The translations under genes and the position numbers were made by a program. A stretch of DNA of 64,000 nucleotides from TPA_inf: Saccharomyces. Its lineage: Eukaryota. Below the pieces are notes generated by a model. That model was not told the DNA's origin, ran no database searches, and saw only the letters and a list, made by a program, of their open reading frames with translations. Below, piece by piece: positions 1-8,730 of this stretch; the stretch's first letter is position 1; every line of letters starts with the position of its first letter. The stretch spans positions 928,001-992,000 of the forward strand of contig BK006948.2 of NCBI GenBank assembly GCA_000146045.2, read 5' to 3'.

Positions 1-2445
1 ATTGGTAATACAAAAATTTTCTTCAAAGCAGGTATGCTTGCATATCTGGAAAAACTTAGAAGCAATAAGATGCATAATTCAATTGTTATGATCCAGAAGA
101 AAATTAGAGCTAAATATTACCGTAAGCAGTATTTGCAAATATCTCAGGCCATCAAGTATTTGCAGAACAACATCAAAGGTTTCATCATTCGTCAACGCGT
201 TAATGATGAAATGAAAGTTAACTGTGCAACTTTATTACAGGCCGCTTACAGGGGTCATTCCATCCGTGCCAATGTGTTCAGCGTATTGAGAACAATTACA
301 AATTTGCAAAAGAAAATTAGAAAGGAACTAAAACAAAGACAACTGAAACAAGAACATGAATATAATGCTGCGGTAACTATTCAAAGTAAAGTTAGGACCT
401 TTGAGCCGAGATCGAGATTTTTACGCACTAAAAAAGACACTGTTGTTGTCCAATCTTTGATCAGAAGAAGAGCTGCTCAAAGGAAATTGAAACAATTGAA
501 GGCAGACGCTAAATCAGTTAATCATCTGAAAGAAGTGAGCTATAAATTAGAGAATAAAGTGATTGAACTGACGCAGAATCTAGCATCCAAGGTCAAAGAA
601 AATAAAGAAATGACAGAAAGAATTAAAGAACTACAGGTTCAAGTGGAAGAAAGTGCCAAGTTACAAGAGACATTAGAAAATATGAAAAAAGAGCACTTAA
701 TAGATATTGATAATCAGAAATCTAAGGATATGGAATTACAAAAAACTATTGAGAACAATTTGCAATCCACTGAACAAACTCTAAAGGACGCTCAATTAGA
801 GTTGGAGGACATGGTTAAACAACATGATGAATTGAAAGAAGAATCTAAAAAGCAACTTGAAGAATTAGAGCAAACAAAGAAAACATTGGTTGAATACCAG
901 ACATTAAACGGAGACTTGCAAAACGAAGTTAAATCTTTAAAGGAAGAAATTGCTAGGTTACAAACTGCCATGTCGCTGGGCACCGTTACTACTAGTGTAC
1001 TACCTCAAACACCATTAAAGGATGTAATGGGAGGCGGTGCTTCAAATTTCAACAATATGATGCTTGAGAATTCCGACTTATCTCCTAATGATTTGAATCT
1101 AAAGTCTAGATCTACTCCATCGTCCGGAAACAACCACATTGATTCATTGAGTGTCGATCGCGAAAATGGTGTCAATGCTACACAAATCAATGAAGAGTTA
1201 TACAGGTTATTGGAGGACACTGAAATTTTGAATCAAGAAATCACGGAAGGCCTGTTAAAGGGATTCGAAGTACCGGATGCTGGTGTAGCTATTCAACTAA
1301 GTAAAAGAGACGTTGTTTATCCGGCTAGAATACTGATTATAGTTTTAAGTGAAATGTGGAGATTTGGGCTGACCAAGCAAAGTGAAAGCTTTCTTGCCCA
1401 AGTATTGACTACAATTCAAAAAGTTGTCACTCAATTGAAGGGTAACGATTTAATTCCAAGCGGTGTATTCTGGTTAGCAAACGTTAGAGAGTTATACTCA
1501 TTTGTGGTGTTTGCTCTAAACTCTATTTTAACCGAAGAAACGTTCAAAAACGGCATGACCGATGAGGAGTATAAGGAGTATGTTTCATTGGTCACAGAAC
1601 TAAAGGATGATTTCGAAGCTCTAAGTTATAATATATATAACATTTGGCTGAAGAAATTGCAGAAGCAATTGCAAAAAAAGGCCATCAATGCTGTGGTCAT
1701 CTCCGAATCATTACCAGGTTTCAGCGCGGGAGAAACCAGCGGGTTTTTGAACAAAATTTTTGCTAACACTGAAGAATATACAATGGACGACATTTTGACC
1801 TTTTTCAACAGCATATACTGGTGCATGAAATCTTTTCATATTGAGAATGAAGTGTTCCATGCTGTAGTCACAACCTTATTGAATTATGTGGATGCAATTT
1901 GTTTTAACGAATTAATCATGAAACGTAATTTCTTGTCGTGGAAAAGGGGTCTTCAATTGAACTACAACGTTACTAGATTAGAGGAATGGTGCAAGACGCA
2001 TGGCTTGACAGATGGTACTGAGTGCTTACAACATTTGATTCAGACCGCTAAGCTACTGCAAGTCCGTAAGTATACTATCGAAGACATTGATATCTTAAGA
2101 GGAATTTGTTATTCGCTAACACCTGCACAATTGCAAAAATTGATTTCACAATACCAGGTGGCAGACTATGAGTCTCCAATTCCACAGGAAATCTTAAGAT
2201 ACGTTGCTGATATAGTTAAGAAAGAAGCTGCGTTATCTTCATCAGGTAATGATTCTAAGGGTCACGAGCATAGCAGCAGTATATTTATCACTCCAGAAAC
2301 AGGTCCATTTACTGACCCATTCAGTTTGATAAAGACAAGAAAATTTGACCAAGTAGAAGCCTATATACCAGCGTGGTTATCCTTGCCCTCAACTAAGAGA
2401 ATAGTTGACCTTGTTGCCCAACAAGTCGTTCAAGACGGCCACTAA
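1..2445 (+). CDS. MYO2: Class V myosin heavy chain Myo2, C-terminal part. The ORF is open from base 1 (5'-truncated by the window edge). It covers the end of the motor domain (GNTKIFFKAGMLAYLEKLR), six IQ motifs, the coiled coil and the globular cargo-binding tail.
   Basis: The frame is open from position 1 with no upstream stop, and the stop codon is TAA at 2443-2445. The six IQ repeats (IQKKIRAKYYRKQYL and five more), the long heptad-rich coiled coil and the DIL-type tail are all recognisable. Gene order with SNC2 and PDR10 matches chromosome XV. Confidence 0.93.
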   Translation: MGNTKIFFKAGMLAYLEKLRSNKMHNSIVMIQKKIRAKYYRKQYLQISQAIKYLQNNIKGFIIRQRVNDEMKVNCATLLQAAYRGHSIRANVFSVLRTITNLQKKIRKELKQRQLKQEHEYNAAVTIQSKVRTFEPRSRFLRTKKDTVVVQSLIRRRAAQRKLKQLKADAKSVNHLKEVSYKLENKVIELTQNLASKVKENKEMTERIKELQVQVEESAKLQETLENMKKEHLIDIDNQKSKDMELQKTIENNLQSTEQTLKDAQLELEDMVKQHDELKEESKKQLEELEQTKKTLVEYQTLNGDLQNEVKSLKEEIARLQTAMSLGTVTTSVLPQTPLKDVMGGGASNFNNMMLENSDLSPNDLNLKSRSTPSSGNNHIDSLSVDRENGVNATQINEELYRLLEDTEILNQEITEGLLKGFEVPDAGVAIQLSKRDVVYPARILIIVLSEMWRFGLTKQSESFLAQVLTTIQKVVTQLKGNDLIPSGVFWLANVRELYSFVVFALNSILTEETFKNGMTDEEYKEYVSLVTELKDDFEALSYNIYNIWLKKLQKQLQKKAINAVVISESLPGFSAGETSGFLNKIFANTEEYTMDDILTFFNSIYWCMKSFHIENEVFHAVVTTLLNYVDAICFNELIMKRNFLSWKRGLQLNYNVTRLEEWCKTHGLTDGTECLQHLIQTAKLLQVRKYTIEDIDILRGICYSLTPAQLQKLISQYQVADYESPIPQEILRYVADIVKKEAALSSSGNDSKGHEHSSSIFITPETGPFTDPFSLIKTRKFDQVEAYIPAWLSLPSTKRIVDLVAQQVVQDGH

Positions 2446-2733
2446 AACTGATGGCGCGAGAAACAAAATTGTACATGAATGCTAAAAAAAGAAATGACAA
2501 AAAAAGAGAAAAAAAAAAATGAAACTACATAGTTAATTAATAATAGAAGTATTTGTCAATAGTATGATAATGAAATCGATATTATGGAAGATATTAACCG
2601 CGCGCCGTATTAGTGTACACTATATTAAACTACATTTTGCTTCTTACTGAATTTATAAATTATGATTATATTATTATTACTATTATGACTACTGTATATA
2701 TTTTTTAGAATTAGCATCGGGAACCGATGAGCG

Positions 2734-3081
2734 TTAGCTGAAATGGACGACGATAGGAACGATAATTACCACTAGTAAAATAATAACAACTAAGAATAAA
2801 CACATTCTCATTTTTAGATCTTTCCACCACATTTGCTTTCTGACCCTGTTGGCGCCTCTCTTGAATCCTTGTGCGGAGATAGCCAAGTTATCAGCTTTGT
2901 CCTCAATGGATGTTAGCCTTTCACCACGTTCAGCAACCTTGTTGATATTATCTCTCATTATTCCCACCGTGTCATCAATCTCTTGTCTCAAAGCAGCAGT
3001 CTTGTTTTGGGAATTTGGGTTTGCGCCTGAGTTACTCTCCTCTGGAGGCACATATGGATCGTATGGCACTGATGACGACAT
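2734..3081 (-). CDS. SNC2: Synaptobrevin-like v-SNARE, 115 aa, with a C-terminal transmembrane anchor.
   Basis: It has an ATG start and encodes 115 aa. The SNARE motif ([24 protein letters not shown]) and the C-terminal hydrophobic anchor ([18 protein letters not shown]) are present. It lies adjacent and divergent to PDR10, as in the YOR327C/YOR328W arrangement. Confidence 0.93.
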   Translation of the reverse strand: MSSSVPYDPYVPPEESNSGANPNSQNKTAALRQEIDDTVGIMRDNINKVAERGERLTSIEDKADNLAISAQGFKRGANRVRKQMWWKDLKMRMCLFLVVIILLVVIIVPIVVHFS

Positions 3082-3395
3082 CGTTGCGCGTTCTTATTTT
3101 GTATTTGGAAGTGTTTCGAATGTATGCCTGACTTACAGATACTATTCACTGAGCAGATAGTTTACCTTTCTATAAAATATTAAAGGCTGTTTCAACCAAA
3201 ACTTGAAGGAAAACTAACTGGCTCCCCGCTTTTGCATCTTTTGGGTGCGACAACTGGTGTTTGTTTGGTTGCGCTGCACCATTCGCGCTATAATGCCAAA
3301 ATCCGAAGAATTTTGAGCCACTTTTGCGGAAGACAGGGAGAAAAAATAAAAAAAAAGTCACGCGTATATCATGTGACCAAGATCACTATAAACGC

Positions 3396-3403
3396 TCCGT
3401 GGA
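3396..3403. promoter_or_regulatory. PDRE (Pdr1/Pdr3 response element) variant TCCGTGGA in the PDR10 upstream region.
   Basis: An exact match to the PDRE variant TCCGTGGA lies about 400 bp upstream of the PDR10 ATG. Confidence 0.55.
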
Positions 3404-3464
3404 ATGCGCTTTTAGGGCGACTGAATGATTCCATGGTCATTGTTACAGCCGCCCGTGGCTTTGT

Positions 3465-3472
3465 TCCACGGA
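3465..3472. promoter_or_regulatory. Second PDRE-like site, TCCACGGA, which is the reverse complement of TCCGTGGA; the two sites form an inverted pair about 70 bp apart.
   Basis: The sequence ttgtTCCACGGActg is present. The site is in the opposite orientation to the site at 3396. Confidence 0.5.
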
Positions 3473-3642
3473 CTGATAAAGGGATACGCTAAGACCAGAA
3501 AAACCCTTAATATTCAATATAGTACAGTACTACTACAGAATTGGTCGGCATATTTTTATTTTGTTCGTATTAATAATACACCTGCTGTCATCAGTACCAA
3601 TAATTTGATAGGTTTTCCCCACATAGTGCGCCTTATGTAAGT

Positions 3643-3650
3643 ATATAAGG
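3643..3650 (+). promoter_or_regulatory. TATA box (TATATAAG) about 150 bp upstream of the PDR10 ATG.
   Basis: A consensus TATATAAG lies at an appropriate distance from the start codon at 3803. Confidence 0.4.
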
Positions 3651-3802
3651 AAGGACGGTTGGGCAAGCATCTTACTTTCTTATCTCTCCCCGTGACAGAA
3701 CCATAGAAGATATCTAGCGTTATTATATTTCTATACTTAGTAAACGTTTCCGGTATAGTAGAAAAATCAAACAATAATTTCTGGTCTTACATAGTTGTTA
3801 GG

Positions 3803-6800
3803 ATGTTGCAAGCGCCCTCAAGTTCAAACTCGGGTTTGAATCAAGGAAATGCTGCGCCGGACGGCCCACCTAACGAAACACAGCCGTACGAAGGCCTCGA
3901 CGCGGCAGCTCAAGAAGAAATAAAAGAATTGGCAAGAACGCTGACGAGCCAATCTTCCCTTTTATCGCAAGAAAAGCGTATTACCGGCACTGGCGACCCG
4001 AATACACTAACTGCTGCTTCTTCATCGTCATTGAGCCGGTCAATTTTCGCTAGTGATATCAAGGGAGTTAACCCAATCCTTTTGGACGTCAATGATCCAG
4101 ACTACGATGAGACATTGGATCCTCGATCAGAAAATTTCTCGAGTGTCAGATGGGTACGAAATATGGCACAAATATGCGAGAATGATTCGGATTTCTATAA
4201 ACCGTTTTCATTAGGTTGCGCCTGGAAAGATTTGAGTGCCTCCGGTGATTCTGCCGATATAACATATCAGGGAACATTTGGTAATATGCCCATCAAATAC
4301 TTGAAAATGAGTTGGAGGTGCATATCCCGACGTCTTTTCCACCGGACACATGGCAAGAGTGAAGATAATGACTCCGGTTTCCAAATTTTGAAGCCGATGG
4401 ACGGATGCATCAATCCGGGGGAACTACTTGTTGTGCTTGGACGACCCGGTGCAGGATGTACTACGCTGCTGAAATCTATATCTGTAAATACACACGGATT
4501 CAAGATTTCTCCGGACACAATCATCACGTACAATGGATTCTCCAACAAAGAGATCAAAAACCATTACCGTGGTGAAGTGGTCTACAATGCAGAATCAGAC
4601 ATTCACATCCCGCACTTGACAGTATTCCAAACTTTATACACAGTGGCAAGACTGAAGACACCAAGGAACCGAATCAAGGGTGTCGATAGGGACACATTTG
4701 CCAAACACATGACTGAAGTGGCAATGGCAACTTACGGACTGAGCCACACTGCAGATACAAAAGTGGGTAATGATTTTGTTCGTGGTGTATCCGGGGGAGA
4801 AAGGAAAAGAGTTTCCATTGCTGAAGTGTCTATATGTGGCTCGAAGTTTCAGTGCTGGGATAATGCCACGAGGGGCTTAGATTCTGCTACCGCGCTGGAG
4901 TTCATCAAGGCCTTGAAAACGCAAGCCACTATCACAAAGTCTGCAGCCACTGTGGCCATTTACCAATGTTCTAAAGATGCCTATGATTTGTTCGATAAAG
5001 TCTGTGTTCTTTACGATGGTTACCAAATCTTCTTTGGCCCAAGTAAGCAGGCCAAAAAGTACTTTCAAAGAATGGGATATGTGTGTCCCGAAAGGCAGAC
5101 CACAGCAGATTATTTGACCTCTATTACTAGTCCTTCTGAAAGAATTAAGGACAAAGACATGGTCAAACATGGAATTATGATCCCACAAACGGCCTATGAA
5201 ATGAACCAGTACTGGATTCAATCAGAGGAATACAAACAATTACAGGTGCAGGTGAACAAACATTTAGATACAGACTCTTCCCAGCAAAGAGAACAAATAA
5301 AAAATGCACATATTGCCAAACAATCTAAGAGAGCACGGCCCTCCTCTCCTTATACAGTAAGTTTCTTTTTGCAAGTTAAGTATATTCTAATCAGGGATAT
5401 ATGGAGGATTAAGAATGACCCAAGTATTCAACTTTTCACGGTTTTGAGTCATGCAGCAATGGCTCTTATCTTGGGATCAATGTTTTATGAAGTCATGCTT
5501 TCCACTACCACAACAACCTTTTATTACCGAGGCGCGGCTATTTTTTTTGCTATTCTGTTCAATGCGTTCTCATCACTTTTAGAGATCTTTTCACTCTATG
5601 AGACGAGGCCCATTACCGAAAAGCACAAGACTTACTCGTTATATCGCCCAAGTGCTGATGCCTTCGCCTCTACATTTTCTGATGTTCCAACAAAATTAGC
5701 CACGGCAGTAACTTTCAACATACCATATTATTTTTTAATCAATCTAAAAAGAGATGCCGGTGCTTTTTTCTTTTACTTTTTAATAAACATTATAACAGTT
5801 TTTGCTATGTCGCATTTGTTCAGATGCATTGGCTCAGTGTCGAAAACTTTACCTCAGGCAATGGTTCCCGCATCTGTTCTTCTGTTAGCTTTTGCAATGT
5901 ACACTGGGTTTGCCATCCCAAGAGTCCAAATGCTTGGCTGGTCAAAATGGATTTCTTATATCAACCCATTGTCTTACCTTTTTGAATCGCTAATGATTAA
6001 CGAATTTCATGGTAGAAATTTCCCATGTGCTCAGTATATACCTAGTGGGCCAAATTATGTCAACGCAACAGGTGACGAAGTCACCTGCTCCGCCCTCGGT
6101 TCTATCCCAGGAAATAATTATGTAAGTGGTGATGATTTCATTCAAACGAACTACGGCTATCGACATAAGAACAAATGGCGGTCTGTTGGTATTGGTTTAG
6201 CATACATTATTTTTTTCTTATTTCTGTATTTATTCTTTTGTGAATACAATGAAGGAGCAAAGCAAAATGGTGAGATGTTAGTATTTCCCCATAGTGTGGT
6301 TAAAAAGATGAAGAAGAAGGGTATTGTCTCTGAGAAGAAAAAGAAAAACCAACCAACGTTGTCAACATCTGATGCTGAGAAAGATGTAGAGATGAACAAC
6401 AATTCAAGTGCGACTGATTCAAGATTTTTACGCGATTCTGATGCAGCTATAATGGGTAACGATAAAACTGTCGCCAAGGAGCATTATTCATCTCCTTCAT
6501 CTTCTGCGTCTCAAAGCAATAGTTTTAGTAAAAGTGATGACATTGAATTGTCCAAATCACAAGCGATTTTTCATTGGAAAAACTTATGCTACGATATCCC
6601 GATTAAGAATGGGAAGAGGAGAATTTTGGATAATGTTGATGGTTGGGTCAAGCCTGGTACACTAACTGCCTTGATTGGCGCATCTGGTGCAGGAAAAACA
6701 ACGTTATTAGATTGTCTTGCCGAGAGAACCACGATGGGTTTAATCACTGGTGATGTATTCGTAGATGGTAGACCGCGGGACCAGTCTTTCCCCAGATCAA

Positions 6801-8497
6801 TTGGTTATTGTCAGCAGCAGGATTTGCATTTGAAAACCGCAACTGTGAGAGAGTCATTAAGGTTTTCCGCGTACCTGCGTCAAGCCGATGATGTATCCAT
6901 CGAGGAGAAAGATAAATACGTTGAAGAAGTCATTGAGGTATTGGAGATGAAACTTTATGCTGATGCCATAGTAGGCGTTCCTGGTGAAGGTTTAAATGTG
7001 GAACAAAGAAAAAGGTTAACCATAGGTGTGGAGTTAGCTGCCAAACCAAAACTGTTGGTATTTTTAGATGAGCCCACGTCTGGGCTTGATTCCCAAACTG
7101 CATGGTCAACTTGTCAATTAATGAAGAAATTGGCTAGTCGCGGACAAGCAATTTTATGTACCATTCATCAACCTTCTGCTCTCTTAATGCAAGAGTTTGA
7201 TAGGTTACTATTTTTGCAAGAGGGCGGACAAACTGTATATTTTGGAGAGCTAGGGAAAGGTTGCAAAACAATGATTAACTATTTCGAAGCTCATGGTGCC
7301 CATAAATGCCCACCAGATGCCAATCCAGCCGAATGGATGTTAGAAATAGTAGGTGCTGCACCAGGAACTCACGCTAGTCAAGATTATTTTGCCATTTGGA
7401 GAGATTCTGAAGAATATAGGGAAATGCAGAAAGAGTTGGACTGGATGGAACGAGAATTGCCTAAACGGACGGAAGGTTCGTCAAATGAGGAGCAGAAGGA
7501 GTTCGCTACGTCAACTTTGTACCAGATCAAATTGGTGAGTTATCGATTATTCCATCAATATTGGAGAACACCATTTTACTTATGGTCAAAATTTTTTTCA
7601 ACAATTGTGTCTGAACTCTTCATAGGCTTCACTTTTTTCAAGGCGAATACATCATTACAGGGCCTACAGAATCAAATGCTGGCCATTTTTATGTTTACAG
7701 TGGTATTCAACCCAATATTGCAACAATATTTACCACTTTTCGTTCAGCAGAGGGAACTTTATGAAGCTAGAGAAAGGCCATCAAGAACCTTTTCGTGGAA
7801 AGCATTTATTGTATCGCAGATTCTCGTGGAAATCCCTTGGAATTTACTGGCCGGTACTATAGCTTTTTTCGTCTATTATTATCCTGTTGGATTTTACAGA
7901 AATGCTTCTTATGCAAATCAACTTCATGAACGAGGAGCTTTATTTTGGTTATTTGCGTGCGCGTTTTACGTCTACATCAGTTCAATGGGGGTATTAGTGA
8001 TTTCATGCATTGAAATTGCAGAAAATGCTGCGAATCTCGCTTCACTTTTCTTTATAATGTCATTATCTTTCTGCGGTGTTCTGGCTACGCCAAATATTCT
8101 ACCAAGATTCTGGATTTTTATGTATAGAGTATCGCCACTGACATACCTCATTGATGCTCTGCTATCGGTAGGACTGGCCAATGCTAGTGTCGTTTGTTCC
8201 AGCAACGAACTTTTAAAAATTGTTCCTCCAAGCGGTATGACATGCTCGGAATATATGGAACCTTATATGCAATCCACCGGGACGGGTTATCTGCTCGATG
8301 GGAGTTCCGAAACTGAATGTCACTTTTGTCAATTCAGTTCTACCAATGATTATCTGGCGACTGTGAGTTCTTCGTATTCACGTAGATGGATGAACTATGG
8401 CATTTTTAGTGCATATATTGTCTTTGACTATTGTGCAGCAATATTTTTATACTGGCTGGTGCGGGTTCCAAAGAAAAGCAAAAAATTAAAGAAATAA
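3803..8497 (+). CDS. PDR10: Full-size PDR-family ABC transporter, 1564 aa, with the (NBD-TMD)2 domain order.
   Basis: The ORF has an ATG start and encodes 1564 aa. The N-terminal nucleotide-binding domain carries the degenerate Walker A GRPGAGCTT, and the C-terminal one carries the canonical GASGAGKTT. Two blocks of six transmembrane segments and the ABC signature VSGGERKRVSIAE are present. The length and the flanking genes SNC2 and SCD5 identify PDR10 rather than PDR5 or PDR15. Confidence 0.9.
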   Translation: MLQAPSSSNSGLNQGNAAPDGPPNETQPYEGLDAAAQEEIKELARTLTSQSSLLSQEKRITGTGDPNTLTAASSSSLSRSIFASDIKGVNPILLDVNDPDYDETLDPRSENFSSVRWVRNMAQICENDSDFYKPFSLGCAWKDLSASGDSADITYQGTFGNMPIKYLKMSWRCISRRLFHRTHGKSEDNDSGFQILKPMDGCINPGELLVVLGRPGAGCTTLLKSISVNTHGFKISPDTIITYNGFSNKEIKNHYRGEVVYNAESDIHIPHLTVFQTLYTVARLKTPRNRIKGVDRDTFAKHMTEVAMATYGLSHTADTKVGNDFVRGVSGGERKRVSIAEVSICGSKFQCWDNATRGLDSATALEFIKALKTQATITKSAATVAIYQCSKDAYDLFDKVCVLYDGYQIFFGPSKQAKKYFQRMGYVCPERQTTADYLTSITSPSERIKDKDMVKHGIMIPQTAYEMNQYWIQSEEYKQLQVQVNKHLDTDSSQQREQIKNAHIAKQSKRARPSSPYTVSFFLQVKYILIRDIWRIKNDPSIQLFTVLSHAAMALILGSMFYEVMLSTTTTTFYYRGAAIFFAILFNAFSSLLEIFSLYETRPITEKHKTYSLYRPSADAFASTFSDVPTKLATAVTFNIPYYFLINLKRDAGAFFFYFLINIITVFAMSHLFRCIGSVSKTLPQAMVPASVLLLAFAMYTGFAIPRVQMLGWSKWISYINPLSYLFESLMINEFHGRNFPCAQYIPSGPNYVNATGDEVTCSALGSIPGNNYVSGDDFIQTNYGYRHKNKWRSVGIGLAYIIFFLFLYLFFCEYNEGAKQNGEMLVFPHSVVKKMKKKGIVSEKKKKNQPTLSTSDAEKDVEMNNNSSATDSRFLRDSDAAIMGNDKTVAKEHYSSPSSSASQSNSFSKSDDIELSKSQAIFHWKNLCYDIPIKNGKRRILDNVDGWVKPGTLTALIGASGAGKTTLLDCLAERTTMGLITGDVFVDGRPRDQSFPRSIGYCQQQDLHLKTATVRESLRFSAYLRQADDVSIEEKDKYVEEVIEVLEMKLYADAIVGVPGEGLNVEQRKRLTIGVELAAKPKLLVFLDEPTSGLDSQTAWSTCQLMKKLASRGQAILCTIHQPSALLMQEFDRLLFLQEGGQTVYFGELGKGCKTMINYFEAHGAHKCPPDANPAEWMLEIVGAAPGTHASQDYFAIWRDSEEYREMQKELDWMERELPKRTEGSSNEEQKEFATSTLYQIKLVSYRLFHQYWRTPFYLWSKFFSTIVSELFIGFTFFKANTSLQGLQNQMLAIFMFTVVFNPILQQYLPLFVQQRELYEARERPSRTFSWKAFIVSQILVEIPWNLLAGTIAFFVYYYPVGFYRNASYANQLHERGALFWLFACAFYVYISSMGVLVISCIEIAENAANLASLFFIMSLSFCGVLATPNILPRFWIFMYRVSPLTYLIDALLSVGLANASVVCSSNELLKIVPPSGMTCSEYMEPYMQSTGTGYLLDGSSETECHFCQFSSTNDYLATVSSSYSRRWMNYGIFSAYIVFDYCAAIFLYWLVRVPKKSKKLKK

Positions 8498-8730
8498 TTA
8501 AATATTACTGGCTACATTCATTGTATATGCAAAATTAGTTAACTATTGTTCAGAGGTTTACGCCATGTTGCTAAATGTTTGGTGAAACTAAAAGACTAGC
8601 TCAATAATCAAGACAATAAATAATGCTAGTAAACAGGTGTTCATAAATTACATCACTTTTGTGACTTTATGTACACATATACCTACATATATTATCTTTC
8701 AAAACTATACACCTCGTTTAGCTTACGATA

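Noticed and set aside
2849-3160. A 103-aa plus-strand ORF antisense to SNC2, and small ORFs at 3170-3774 in the SNC2/PDR10 promoter.
   Set aside because: They overlap a confirmed gene or sit in promoter DNA that carries the PDRE and TATA elements. They have no features of real genes.
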